From: Pecten maximus
Lineage: Eukaryota
Direction of reading: 5' to 3'
DNA length: 64,000 bases
Assembly (NCBI RefSeq): GCF_902652985.1
Contig: NC_047015.1
Span: forward strand, 3,410,001 to 3,474,000
A program made the position numbers and the translations under genes. This document shows positions 14,395 through 27,484 of the stretch, piece after piece. Under the pieces are notes generated by a model, which was given only the letters and a program-made list of their open reading frames with translations, did no database searches and had not been told where the DNA came from. The number at the start of each line of letters is the position of its first letter. Position 1 is the stretch's first letter.

Positions 14395-14646
14395 ATCTGA
14401 TTGTATACTATTCTTCCTGTTACTAAATTATTCAGTAAAATGAATCAACAGGATTTGTTCCCTTTGTTTGAAAATAAAATGTTGTTTATAAAGAAAAGTG
14501 TTTATCAAATGATGTATCAAACTATAAACCCATATCTCTCACATCATGTTTTGGAAAAATTATAGGGAAATATATCTAAATAACAATGGCATATAATGCC
14601 TTGGCCAGTTCACAGCAGCGAATCATTTGACAGAGTGTGGCATGAG

Positions 14647-14698
<52 letters not shown>

Positions 14699-15659
14699 AC
14701 TCGCAATACCATGCCTATGGGGAATATAATTAGACGTTTGACCAACATTGTGGGTAATAATCGGTTTTATGGGGATTCCTCTGATTCCCCATAAATCCAA
14801 GCACTATTTGAAAAGAATCCGGATGCGAAAATGTGTAAGTTGCCGCCAAAAGTTGAAAATGTGCTATTTTTAGAACAACTAGCAAACATTCTCTCACACT
14901 GCCGTAGAAGTGGGCTTGAATGATTATGGGTAATATTCCCCACAAGACGACTTTATAGAGAGATAATTACGACTTCCCCACAAACCTAATAGCAGTGATA
15001 ATTATTCCCCATAAATAGGCATATTAAGAGAGAAACCTAAGTATACATCCCTATTAAAGCACAGAATGAGAATATTTAACATACCACCCCCCCCCCCCCC
15101 CCCCAGCCCCCAACCATCCCCACCCCCTCCCCCAACATACACACTCACAAGAATGTGAATATGCCGGGCTGGGAGGGGGAGGGGGGTGGGGGTGGGGGTG
15201 GAGGGTCGTTCACTCCCTTCGAGCAGTGATTTGACCTGAACAGTGGGTTGGGAAACCCCAGATGGGGAATTCCTTCCTGTTTGCACCTCGCGCATTAATT
15301 ACTATACACATTCTATTTTTAATAGGAACGTATGTATTTGTTTTCCGAATCTTTAGCTATAACTCTTCATTCTTGTATCAATGAAGAACCTAATTCAAAC
15401 GTTAATTCCTCAAATAAATCCACACAAACATCAGCAGATTATAACTTTAAGGAACTTGGTTCAGGTGAAACACCACCTCATTGGCCGATAAGTTTATTCT
15501 TTTCCCGCCAAAATTTAAAATCATTTTTTTTTTATAATTTAAATGGTTTCTGTTCAATACTCTGACACATACTGACTGGATAATTAGCACACACACAGAA
15601 CTTCATTTATTGGCAGCTACTTAAGAAATGTGTTGAGTGAAACCGTCAAATCTAGCGCA
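14395..15659 (-). other. ~1.27 kb inversion in copy 1 relative to copy 2, flanked by a 39-bp inverted duplication
   Basis: ORFs at 15002-15295(-) and 15332-15565(+) correspond to 37961-38203(+) and 37688-37924(-). Segment 14356-14394 is the reverse complement of 15660-15698. Confidence 0.92.
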
Positions 15660-16249
15660 TGGAATTAATAAGTGTTATCCTTGAAGCGGTAATGAAGCAA
15701 TCTGATATCTTGTTGTATTATTGTTTTGTTTTCGATAGAATATGGAGGACTATTTATGATGTCTTTTAAAGGAAATGACTGCAGACAAATGCATGTATCA
15801 ACAGCATTAAATATGGTAGTTGTCAGAAAATCACACGTCAATTGTTAGTAGTGGTAATACATCAGTAGTTTTTCTTTCCTTTCAGTAATAGCCTTAATAA
15901 TTCCCAGTAGGTTTTAGGGATTGATTTACTTTTTACCAGAATAGAGTCTATACTTTTACGTTACTTATTTATTCGATACGGAATTCCCTAGCAACTGTCT
16001 CTGATAACGGGGTACAGTTTTCCTCGGAGGAATTTGGCCATAAAACATTTCAATTCGTACCACCCGCTATCAAACGGTAAAAAAAAACAAAGGTTTGTCC
16101 AAACCCTTCAAGGAGGTGGCCAATGAAAAGACCGTTCCTTACGACAAAAACTCTGTGTATGCTTATTTCGATACAAAACAATATCACATTATCTAACCAA
16201 TGAAACGTCCGCTTAGCTCCTATTTGGACGGAATTTCGGGACAAAGGTG

Positions 16250-16720
16250 AACATTATGAACCAGATGTATCTAGTAAGACACCCGGTCGTATGCAATTAT
16301 CTAAGCTTACAGGGAACATTGTTCGTTCGCTGTCTCCTGGACAGAATGTCAACGTTTTTTGGTCCAAGTGTTATCGAAAGTAAAACTGGAACACTATCGT
16401 ACAAGGTCAAGGTCGGAAAGGGAACCTTGTGGGGACACCGCCGAGTCCGACGGAAGTAGTAGCAACACTGGAACTATTATTTTCAGTTTACACAAACAAT
16501 ACTTATGTTCCTCTTGGTCAGTTCCAGAACACCCAAACCCAAGTTAAATGTACACAGAAGGTGACATCCGTCCCTAGTAGTAGAATCGGACCCAGAACCA
16601 TAACTCTACAGCTGTCTCAACAGGTAGGACCTCGATATCCTAGGAGGGAGGACAGACAGGCTCCAACAAAACTGAACTTGTACATAAAGTGTTCCGCGAA
16701 TTCTGTCGTTAGTTATTGAT
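16250..16720 (+). pseudogene. Gypsy-like pol (integrase C-terminal) remnant; second copy at ~39370-39838
   Basis: GPSVIESKTGTLSYKVKV and RYPRREDRQAPTKLNL resemble the C-terminal tail of animal Gypsy integrases. The sequence is frameshifted. Confidence 0.45.
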
Positions 16721-19700
16721 TACACTGTGGTCACTGGCATAATGGTCCCTGTGTTATCAATCAGACTCGGGTTCTGTAGTTAGGTGATTCTCTGAGTGTA
16801 TTATTGTTAGGTTTTTTCAACATGCGATTACGTTTTAAGTTCGATAATGTTTAGTGCCCGTTAAACTTTTTTAGTTAACAGTCAAGTTTAGTAGTCGTTT
16901 CACTGCAGAGACAGTACCTAGCAGCATTTATGTGAAAATTCATATCATGTACAATAGACAAATGATTACAAGACTTTTATTTCAAAAATTGTGAACTTTA
17001 CTTGGAGTCTAAGAACTTGGATGTCCAATTCTAGTAACAACAAAGTTTTGACAGGGAGGATTATCGTGTATGTTCTTAATTATACACATTAAAGCAACTA
17101 TGATTGTTAAAATCACTGATAGAAAATATTACCAGATGTAATATTTCTAAAGAATAAAACTAAGACTTTCCCTAATTTACAAAAATTAAAAGAGTTCGCA
17201 ACCGTACAGAACATTACAATTCGGTAGGGCCTACAAGAATGTTATGGTATCGCTCATTAGCAGAATGCCGTGTACCATTCTTTACACGCAACCAAATTAA
17301 ACGGCGTTTTTAAACTCAAGAACATGCAGCAGTGTCCATTTTTCGTCGGTATAGGCTCGTGCATAGGAATATCTTGAACTCCTGTCACTATTTATATGAA
17401 GAAATCTTCATTTGTAGTCGTTTTAATGAGTATGAAATCTACAGTTGTAGTCACTTTAATGAGTACGAAATCTTCAGTTATAGTCGCTTTAATGAGTACG
17501 AAATCTACAGTTATAGTCGCTTTAATACAGCTGTAGTAACTAGGATACTGATCACCATGAATAACATAATGTTTATAATTGTACATCAGACTTTGTTATT
17601 GTCCGTACCCATTTGTGTACAATAGCTATCCTTGTAATATTGTATTCATTAGACTAAGAGTGACCACTTAGTCTCACCGATTTCGTCGAAACAAAAGATT
17701 TTTTGATTGGAAGTTAAAACATATTTTGACAATTTTTGTGCAATGCTTCAACATAGTTAATATACTTGGTATGTATAATTCGATCTGCTGGGATGGGAAG
17801 AAGGCTATCTTTATTAAATCTCTTTCACTACGTTATACTATGATAACATGCAACTTTGGTTTTTTGTTGCATCGAATATCATACACTATCATAAAGGGAT
17901 ACTTAGTCGTGTAGTTATATTAATAAATCCTTTCGTTGTTTTCCGAGAATTACAAGGGCTGCTTTTTGAAAACATGCATGATTCATGCTTATCAACAGAA
18001 GACATCATGTCAGCACACACGCAGCTTTGTTAAAAGTCTGCAGATAATCGATATTCAAATGCTCTTTTCCAATTGCAGACCAGCAGCGAACACCAAAACG
18101 AAAACAGAGACTCAGAAATCTACTGTGGTTGGCTGACAAAATATATCCGATTAAAGGGAGCTCAGTATTAACCAAAACCCCCGACATCCGGGGGAAAGGA
18201 ATTGCTGGATCCCCTGTCCACGGTAAGTTGTTTGATGTACAGCCAGACAGAGACTCGGTTTGTGTGTGGATTCTTGTGTCCTATCGATCATTATAGTGTG
18301 TACAATGTTGTTATATTGGTACCAGCAGAGGTATCTGTGTCTGGTCAGTACTATGCTAAATCGGACCGATCAGAATTTGATTATATAACTATAATGGCTT
18401 TGTAAATCAAGAATGTAATGTCAGTTGAAAGCAAACAGTTATCATGCAAATTCGATCGAAGATACCACATCATTCTAACCTAAGTTGACATTGGTCTGTT
18501 ATGCAATCTAGGATGCAAAGCTGACATTTTATTGATCTGTCAGTTTGGAGCTAAATTGGTACGCAAATATTGATATAGTTTATCAACATCCACAAAGCAC
18601 TTGGTTATACGATGCTGTTTCCACATATGTGTGAGGCTTGAAGTATTTACCGAAATGGACCGAACCTGACTTGGAATTACCGAGACGGAAAAAATAGTGG
18701 CTTATATTGGCATTATTGTCAGAGAATGGACCTAAATACTGCATCAATTTTATCAAATGTAAAGTATTAGGGGATTTATTTGACCGAGAAGTATTTGTAG
18801 CATGGAAATATATTTCACGCTTGATCTACATGTTATTTTTGGTTTAGTGAATTACAAGTTAGGTGTATTTATATATTGGGAGCTGTGTGTATTAAAGGTG
18901 TGTGAATTAGCGGTTCGTTTGTGAGAATGTTGTGTAGTCTCGGATCTCTGTATTGATGCTAGGCCTGCCGTATCATCTTTCACTCCGGACTTATATAAAC
19001 AGCGACTCGTATCCAAGGAAACGCTACATATTTCGCGATTCGCGGCCCGATTGCCATGATGCATCAGAGTTGAATTAACCAAATGGACGATAAAATACCT
19101 GAAATCTACATTTGACGAGAGAATGGACCCAATTTGTTGGTATGGTTCCGGCCCATCTGACGGATTAATCATCACTTTTGGTTCAACAGGACAAGGATGT
19201 GTGTTGCTACTCGCAGATTAACTGTGTGTGTTATTTCTATTCCCCGTCTGTCTTTTGTTACAAGTTCGATATGTCCAGTATATTAACCATCTCTGGATTT
19301 ATCTCATATTCTTCAAACCCAAACCCCATTCTTTGTTTCTGGATTGACGTTACTACATTTATAAATGCTTCTCTGTCATTTTCATCAACATAATTACGAA
19401 ATCATCGTCGGCATGGTCATTAACCTGCGCGTCACACTGGACGGTGAGTACTTGTTTGAATTTCTGTTGAATTTTTCGAAAACTGTGCTGGTGAAATCTG
19501 TGTGCAAACGATATATTTCAATCAAAAATTTCTCGTAAAAACTGGTCTATACGGCACCGAATTATGTAACTGGAATGCTACTGTCCTATGTCTTCATAGT
19601 TTAGACTCCCAGAAGCATCTTCCAGATTCTTCTCGGTTATATATCAACAGAAGACTAGGAGATTGTAATAAGTTTCGCTTACACTAACGGCATATTTATA

Positions 19701-20479
19701 AACAGTGTGAATAACAGGATATTTGTCACAAACACTAAGTTTGTTTGGAGACAAGATGTACTCACATATTAGATATGCTTAATTCTGTCAGCTAAGCTGA
19801 AAGATTCTTTGAAAATACTATCCCCTCCCCAACCCATATATACCTATAGATAATTCTCTAAATTTACCGGATCAACAGGGATCCATACCATGAATAAAAT
19901 GTCAACGCACTCGCTTTCGCAATTGTGCGCATGTGGTTCAACGTTGCGTCCCATTCTGTTCTGCATAAGTGTATAATCTAATTTCGTTAGTTACACACAT
20001 TTTGATTGGTTTGAAAATTAAGGTTATTTCCGCATAGACCAAAACAAAGCAAAAGGCCAAAGCAACAACAAAAAATGAGACTAGAAGCGTTTCAAGTTAA
20101 TTTCCAAAGTAATAGACTACCACATTTATAATTTGAACTCAAAGAGATCTCAATTGCACATTTTAACTACACAGACCAGGAATTGAACCTTGATCCCTCG
20201 GACATGAAGTCTGAGAACTCTACATTGAGCTACCCAGTTCAAATGTATATACAATTGAAACTTCTTTTTGTTACTCAATTTTAGTTAAATGTAATTTTAT
20301 TCAAACGCCAATTTTATCGCGATTTTCGGTCGGCAAAAACCTGTTGGGTGGGAAATTAGAACATTAGTTTTATTACAGTAATTGAAAACGATCTACACGA
20401 AACACATTGTCGTCGGAAAGTATTGCAAATATGACTAATTAAAGCAATGTTGCTTGGATTTACAATGTATCTAGGTCCC

Positions 20480-21310
20480 AACTGACCAAACGTCAATGTC
20501 ACTGAGTCAAATGTCCAAGATACAATTTTATATCTTTTCACTGATGAACATTTCGTAATTAAAGTTTAAAGCAATTTTGGCCAGAATTGATCCAGGAGTC
20601 AAATGACCGAAGGTCAGGGTCATTGGGTCAAAGGCCAAGGTCACATTTTGTATGTTTTCACTAATGAACGTTTCTTTATTACACTGTGAATGAATGTGGA
20701 TTTTGGAGTGAACTGATGATAGGTCAAGGTAACTGGATCAAATGCCAAGTTCTGGTATCAAGGTAAAATTTTGTATCTTTTCATTGATGAACATTTTGTT
20801 ATGACATGATGAAGGAAAGATGTTCATAATTATACAAGGAGTCATTGATGCAAGATCTAGGTCTCTGGATCGAGGGTCAAATTTGTATATTTACACTGAA
20901 GAACATTATGTTATGACACCTTAACCACTCGGCCACTTCGGCACCTTTCACAATACTGGTCAACATTAATCATAGAACCAACCGATCAAAGGTCAAGGTC
21001 TCGTTTCAGGTCAAATTTTATATCGTTTTATTGATGAAAATTAGCCGAAATTAAACAAGTAATCAATGGATCTTATGTCAAGGCCACTGAGTCAATGTTA
21101 TGGTCAAATTTTGTATCTTTTTAGTGATGAACATTTTTGGTATTATTAAGAAGCAATGTTGGTCAGAACTATACAAGGTGTCAACTAACCAAATGTCAAT
21201 GTCACTGGGTTGAAAGGTCCAAGGTCAATGCCAGGTTTAGTATTTTCACTGATGAACAATTAGTTATGGCACTATGAAGCAAAATAGGTGTAAATCAAAG
21301 TCACTGGATT
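20480..21310 (+). repeat. GGTCAAGGTCA-rich degenerate repeat (Helentron/HINE-like mollusc family); related tracts at 36690-37205, 43560-44400 and 60200-60450
   Basis: Repeated modules GGTCAAGGTCA...AATTTTGTATCTTTTCACTGATGAACATTT. The family assignment is inferred. Confidence 0.55.
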
Positions 21311-21422
21311 ATAGTTTGGTTTTTGGACTATCGCCCTGTGAACTGTGAATAGATAGGGTTATACTGAGGCGGGGTTTCCATGTAGTAACTGGTGACTATC
21401 GCACTGAACAACATAAGAGACG

Positions 21423-22310
21423 AGTACATATTTTAAGTATACATTGACAAATACAAAAGAATATTTTGTTATTCAGTACATAGCAAAAACACTGGGAAAT
21501 GATGAATAATCAGTCAAATGTTAATTGTTGAATGATGGGTGTTGTGAAACATAAAATGATCACTGTAAAAAAGTAATATCCTATGAACATTCTGAAAAGA
21601 AAAATTGATATCCATGATGACATATTCAGTTTCATAAATGTTCAGACAATTAAATATTTATAAACATACCATCAAGCTGTGTAACAGCAGACTCCTGTCC
21701 ACCAGGGACTCCAATGTAAGCTGCCGTGTCCTGCATGGCATCAACTATCTGCTCCTCAGCTACGCTCAACGCAGCTGGGGGAGGCCCTCCTCCAGTCTTC
21801 TGTCGCACCAGGCGATGGTTTGTGAATTTCTCTTTCGCACTGCGAGACATGTTCCGCCAGCGGTTCCGAACTTCATCTTCTGACCTGAAGGCTACCCCCA
21901 GGGCATTCACTTCTTCTGTTAAACATTTCCAGAAGTCCTGCTTCATGGTATTAGAAAGATCATTAGAGTGCCTGCCTCTGATGGTGTCCAGCATCTCTGT
22001 AGCCCTGCTACGAATCAAGTTGCTCTCAGAGCTTGTAAAATTTGGTTTTCTTTCCCTCTGCTTTGCAGCCATCTTGGTATCTTCAGCCAAAGAATCCAAG
22101 AATCCAAGAATCCAAGTGGATTGTGGGAAAAAGTGCTAGTGTTAACTTTTCTTGTTAAGTGATTAACATTTTGCGTTAGTTAACGACAGCGTTAAATATG
22201 TTTGAACAACAACATTTAACACAGTCGTTAACTAACGCAGATTAAGAAGCTAACGACTCGTTAAAGTTAACGATGTCGTTAGCTTAACGATAGTTTTGAA
22301 CAACCGGGCC
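21423..22310 (-). mobile_element. Truncated PIF/Harbinger element with one TIR and a CTG target site
   Basis: The terminus reads GGCCCGGTTGTTCAAAACTATCGTTAAGC on the minus strand, with subterminal TAACG repeats. It is followed by CTG, which also appears as an empty site at 14111-14113. Confidence 0.8.
21670..22072 (-). CDS. Myb/SANT-like DNA-binding protein of a PIF/Harbinger transposon (first exon; element truncated)
   Basis: RKPNFT...FWKCLTEEVNALG...RSEDEVRNRWRNM...KTGGGPPP is the Harbinger Myb (NAIF1/MSANTD-like) signature. A GTATGT donor lies at 21669. Confidence 0.88.
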
Positions 22311-22339
22311 CTGGACGTTACATTGAAAGAAGAACATGA

Positions 22340-24750
22340 GGCGTGAGTCGTATTGTCAGTAAACGGCACAACCTGTCATTTACATATGTTACGTCGTAGG
22401 TACCATTGGAGAGAGAGATGATACGTATCTTAGATGTTGGTTTTCAGAAGGGCTGATTTAATCCATCTACGCTTTCTACGCATATCACACTATTGCCCAG
22501 CTGGTTCCACTCGAGCGATGTTTTGACAATGTAGGAGTTCGTGTATGTTTCTTGTTTGTATCCCGAGATGGTTAGTTGTTTTGCGTTGTTGACAATGCTT
22601 CTGTTTAGAGTTGTTGATGTTTCATAGTTCTCCTATCACTTGTTGTTGGTTTTCCGTGCGTTCTTCCGAGTGTTGGATTATCTTATCAGAGGGTAAGGCT
22701 AGTACTAATCCCTCTACTATATTATACATGAACACTAACCGCTGTGATTTCCTTCCTTTTTGAAAAGATTGTAATTTTAGGTGTTGTAGCATTTCTGTAA
22801 CGCACCCTTCATCTTTTTGGTAATTAGACGGGCTGCTCTTCTTTGTATTCTTTCCGGTTTTTCTATGTCTGGTTTTAGACAGGCATTCCAGATACCAAAG
22901 CCATATTCTATTACTGATCTAACGAGTGGTTTGTATGCTTTTTTTTTTTTTTTTTTTGTGGTCTTTTGAGCAGTGCTTTAATTGTTTTCTTATAAAGCCT
23001 CAAGTTGAACTTGCTTTCCGTGCAATGTTGATGATATGAGTATTACATTTGAGGTCGATTGATATCTGAAGTCCTGGGTGTGGGTTGTTCTGTGCCTCTT
23101 CCAAAATGTGGTTAGTTTAGCTGTACAAATCTGATGACTTTTCCTGGTGGATATGATGTATTTTATCGTTAAATGTCATTCGCCGTGTACAGTGTATCTG
23201 CTCATCAGATTATGTAGGTCTTTTTGAGGATGTTGATATCGTTGAATGTTTTGATTTGGTGTCGTCGGCAAAAAGTCGCACGTGTCATTTGACAGTGTCC
23301 GGCAGGTTATTTATATGGCAGAGAAAGAGTATTGGTCCTATAGTTGATACCGCACTCAAGACCGGTAGGTTATTTATATGGCAGACAAAGATATTTGGTC
23401 CTATGGTTGGTACTGGCACTCCAGACCGGTAGGTTATTTATATGGCAAACAAAGAGTATTGGTCCTATAGTTGGTACTGGCACTCCAGACCGGTAGGTTA
23501 TTTATATGGCAGACAAAGATATTTGGTCCTATGGTTGGTACTGGCACTCCAGACCGGTAGGTTATTTATATGGCAGACAAAGATATTTGGTCCTATGGTT
23601 GGTACTGGCACTCCAGACCGGTAGGTTATTTATATGGCAGACAAAGATATTTGGTCCTATGGTTGGTATGGCACTCCAGACCGGTAGGTTATTTATATGG
23701 CAGACAAAGATATTTGGTCCTATGGTTGGTATGGCACTCCAGACCGGTAGGTTATTTATATGGCAGACAAAGATATTTGGTCCTATGGTTGGTACTGGCA
23801 CTCCAGACCGGTAGGTTATTTATATGGCAGACAAAGATATTTGGTCCTATGGTTGGTACTGGCACTCCAGACCGGTGGGTTATTTATATGGCAGAGAAAG
23901 AGTATTGGTCCTATAGTTGATACCGCACTCAAGACCGGTAGGTTATTTATATGGCAGAAAAAGATATTTGGTGCTATGGTTGGTACTGGCACTCCAGATG
24001 GGACATGTTCCTCCTTTGATGTCGTACAAACAAACACAAGCTTGATTTTCCTGTGTATTAGAGATTATGTTAATCATCTATGTACTTGACCCCACATACC
24101 GTATTGCTCGACTTATGTAGGAGTTTCTTGTATGGTACAGTGACAAAGTTGTTGGAGAAGTCCAGTATCACTATGTCAACTTGATTTCCACGTGTCGTGC
24201 AGTTTTAAACAAAAAGTCGTTCATAGTCAGGAGCAGTTGTGTGAACTGTCTTGCATGAATAACCAGATCTGAAACTGATTTGTAAGCACTTTATGTGTTT
24301 TTCTACGTGTTTAGCATGTATTTGCAGATTATATATTCCGGCAGTTTGGGGGGACAGATGTTAGTTGTTAGTGGTCCTGAGTGATAATTTGCCGCAGCAT
24401 GTTTGTCTCCCTATTTAAATATACAGACGATGTTGGCATTTCTGTAGTCTGTTGGTAGTTCTTCAGGGTCCACCGATTTTTGGAATATTCTTTGAAGATT
24501 CTGTTTGGTATTTCACCTGGTCTTCATGATTTTTATATGTTTAGATTCTAAAAGAGCTTTGTAACACCGTTTATATTTACTTGAAGGTGTGGGATAGTTC
24601 TGGTATACTGCTGTCTTTGTCGATGGTAATACTGATTCAAATTGTTGGACAAGTATTTCGGCCTTTAATTGACTGTTACTGATTAGAATGCCTTGGCTTT
24701 AGAGGGGCTACTCCAGTTGAATTTCAGGTCTGATACATTTACAGAATATT
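22340..24750 (-). mobile_element. Degenerate LINE reverse transcriptase region (L2/CR1 group)
   Basis: Minus-strand QVDIVILDFS (~24155-24183), SGVP...HINNLP (~23940-24000) and RLFADD (~23261-23278) occur in the correct order, with many stops. Confidence 0.75.
23300..23998. repeat. 64-bp minisatellite, ~11 copies
   Basis: Unit GGTAGGTTATTTATATGGCAGACAAAGATATTTGGTCCTATGGTTGGTACTGGCACTCCAGACC. Confidence 0.97.
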
Positions 24751-24752
24751 TT

Positions 24753-25399
24753 ACAGTTATTGTATGGATGTGAGGGAAATAGCACTTTTATTGTCCCCCG
24801 AGACATTAACTATTTCCAGAGGCGAAGCCGAGGGAAATAGTTAGTGTCAAGGGGAACAATAAAAGTGCTATTTCCAGAAATACCCATACAATAACTGTTT
24901 TATTATACCCACATTTAAATTATTCCATTTTGTTCAAGACTAGTTATAAAAGCAAAGTGTGTTTCAATGATCAAATTTTAATGTAAATTCAAAATCAACA
25001 AAAAAAAAAAAGCATTACTTGTGTTAGCGTTGTCGTTGTCTTTCACAAACAGTCCTCTACAACGCTTCTTCATCCATATTATATAATCATGTAGATGATT
25101 TTCCTGTAGCATTCACTCGAACGATTTTAGTAAACGCTTACGTTTTCGAAAGAGTTTTCGGTCTTTATCCTTATACAAGAGATGGCGGTAGAGAAGATCC
25201 GAAGATATATGACAAATGCATTGTCCAATCAGAATGAATAAAGCAAAAACAAAATCCGCGAAAATATGAATGCGCTCATTCCGGGTAAATAGCACTTTCG
25301 ACTATTAACCTGGTAAATAGCATTTTTTGAGGATGGGTTTCAAATAGCATTTCTATTGTCTACCATTTATATAGTGTAAAATAAGGAAAGGTATAATAA
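24753..25399 (+). mobile_element. Non-autonomous Crypton-type element (hairpin + short IR ... short IR)
   Basis: Hairpin 24753-24898 with a GCGAAGC loop (24822-24828). TTATTATACC (24900-24909) pairs with GGTATAATAA (25390-25399). Confidence 0.7.
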
Positions 25400-25473
25400 T
25401 TTGTTATATCGTTTTCTATGCCATTTCAGATGTTGGTGTACTCCCTTTCTTCTCTCCTGAGATTTTTTTCTAT

Positions 25474-26850
25474 TCACTTTGATGACGTCTATTGTTATTC
25501 CACTTCACTTTTGATGACGTCTATCGTCATTCCACTTCAATTTTGATGACGTCTATCGTTATTTCACTTCACGTTTAATGACGTCCACCGTTATTCCACT
25601 TCATTTTTGATGACGTCTATCGTTATTTCACTTCACTTTTGATGACGTCTATCGTTATTCCACTTCACGTTTGATAACGTCTATCGTTATTCCACTTCAC
25701 GTTTGATAACGTCTATCGTTATTCCACTTCACTTTTGATGACGTCTATCGTTATTTTACTCCACTTTTGATGACGTCTATCGTTATTTCACTTCAATTTT
25801 GATGACGTCTATCGCTATTCCACTTCACGTTTGATGACGTCTATCGTTATTCCACTTTGATGACGTCTATCGTTATTCCACTTTACGTTTACTGACGTCA
25901 ATCGTTATTCCACTTTACTTTTGATGACGTCTTTCGTTATTTTACGTCACTTTTGATGACGTCTATCGTTATTTTACTTCACGTTTGATGACGTCTATCA
26001 TTATTTCCCTTCACTTTTGATGACGTCTATCGTTATTCCACTTCACGTTTGATGACGTCTATCGTTATTCCACTTCACTTTTGATGACGTCTATCGTATT
26101 TCACTTCACTTTTGATGACGTCTATCGTTATTCCACTTCACGTTTGATGACGTCTATCGTTATTCCACTTCACTTTTGATGACGTCTATCGTTATTTCAC
26201 TTCACTTTTGATGACGTCTATCGTTATTCCACTTCACGTTTGATAACGTCTATCGTTATTCCACTTCACGTTTGATAACGTCTATCGTTATTCCACTTCA
26301 CTTTTGATGACGTCTATCGTTATTTTACTTCACTTTTGATGACGTCTATCGTTATTTCACTTCAATTTTGATGACGTCTATCGCTATTCCACTTCACGTT
26401 TGATGACGTCTATCGTTATTCCACTTTGATGACGTCTATCGTTATTCCACTTTACGTTTACTGACGTCAATCGTTATTCCACTTTACTTTTGATGACGTC
26501 TTTCGTTATTTTACGTCACTTTTGATGACGTCTATCGTTATTTTACTTCACGTTTGATGACGTCTATCATTATTTCCCTTCACTTTTGATGACGTCTATC
26601 GTTATTCCACTTCACGTTTGATGACGTCTATCGTTATTCCACTTCACTTTTGATGACGTCTATCGTATTTCACTTCACTTTTGATGACGTCTATCGTTAT
26701 TCCACTTCACGTTTGATGACGTCTATCGTTATTCCACTTCACTTTTGATGACGTCTATCGTTATTTCACTTTTGATGACGTCTATCGTTATTCCACGTCA
26801 CGTTTGATGACGTCTACCGTTATTCCACTTCATGTTTGTTGACGTTATCG
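25474..26850. repeat. 32-bp minisatellite (~43 copies) with a ~570-bp higher-order duplication
   Basis: Unit GATGACGTCTATCGTTATTCCACTTCAC(G/T)TTT. Rare variants recur 569 bp apart (ACTGACGTCAAT at 25891 and 26460). Confidence 0.97.
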
Positions 26851-27484
26851 TGATGTCTTCCTTTAGTTTGTCCCTCAAAGCGCGTAAATATTGATAGAAT
26901 GTCCTCGCTGGGGAGGAATGGTAGAGAGGTTTTGTCTGGATGTCTGTTAGTACTATTTCAATTTCAATAAAATGTTATTGACTTTTAATACGTTAAATGT
27001 CAGACTGAGGCTATGAAAGTCCTTTCCAAATTATTTCGATCAAAACTTACATTTACATGTAGTCTATTCTGCAGTGGTATCCACTATTACCTGTTAAGGG
27101 AGATAACTATCATTTATTTCCGTATGTAAAAGAAATTTATTATATCAATTACCGTAATACCATTTATGTAGATATATTGATGAGTTTCTATGCATGAATG
27201 TGCATTGGGAAACAGGTCATAAAGTCATTGTGTATTAACACATTGACCATTTACCCATCTGATGCATAACAATTCACTATTGTTGTCGCATAACAATATC
27301 TACCCAATCCAGTCAGTCAAAATTTATTGAATACCATTATTGTTTAATTATAAATTACATCATCATATAGTTGAGCTCCATGATTTTACTCAGGCAATAA
27401 TTGAGTGTCATTTATAATGTTTAAGTTGTCATGGATATAACATATCAAATCATTTAGCTTGGTATATATATTCAGAAATACTTT

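Larger units (their letters stand above)
14111..21422 (+). repeat. Segmental duplication, copy 1 (~7.3 kb; paralog 37264-44508)
   Basis: Near-identical sequence and near-identical spurious ORFs in both copies. Both start CTGGACGTTACATTGAAAGAAG and end CATAAGAGACG. Confidence 0.97.

Noticed and set aside
17332-19687. Short ORFs 'conserved' between 17-20 kb and 40-43 kb
   Set aside because: The identity reflects the recent duplication, not selection. No recognisable domains are present.
23442-24089. Overlapping repetitive ORFs (MADKDIWSYGWY...)
   Set aside because: They are translation artefacts of the 64-bp minisatellite.
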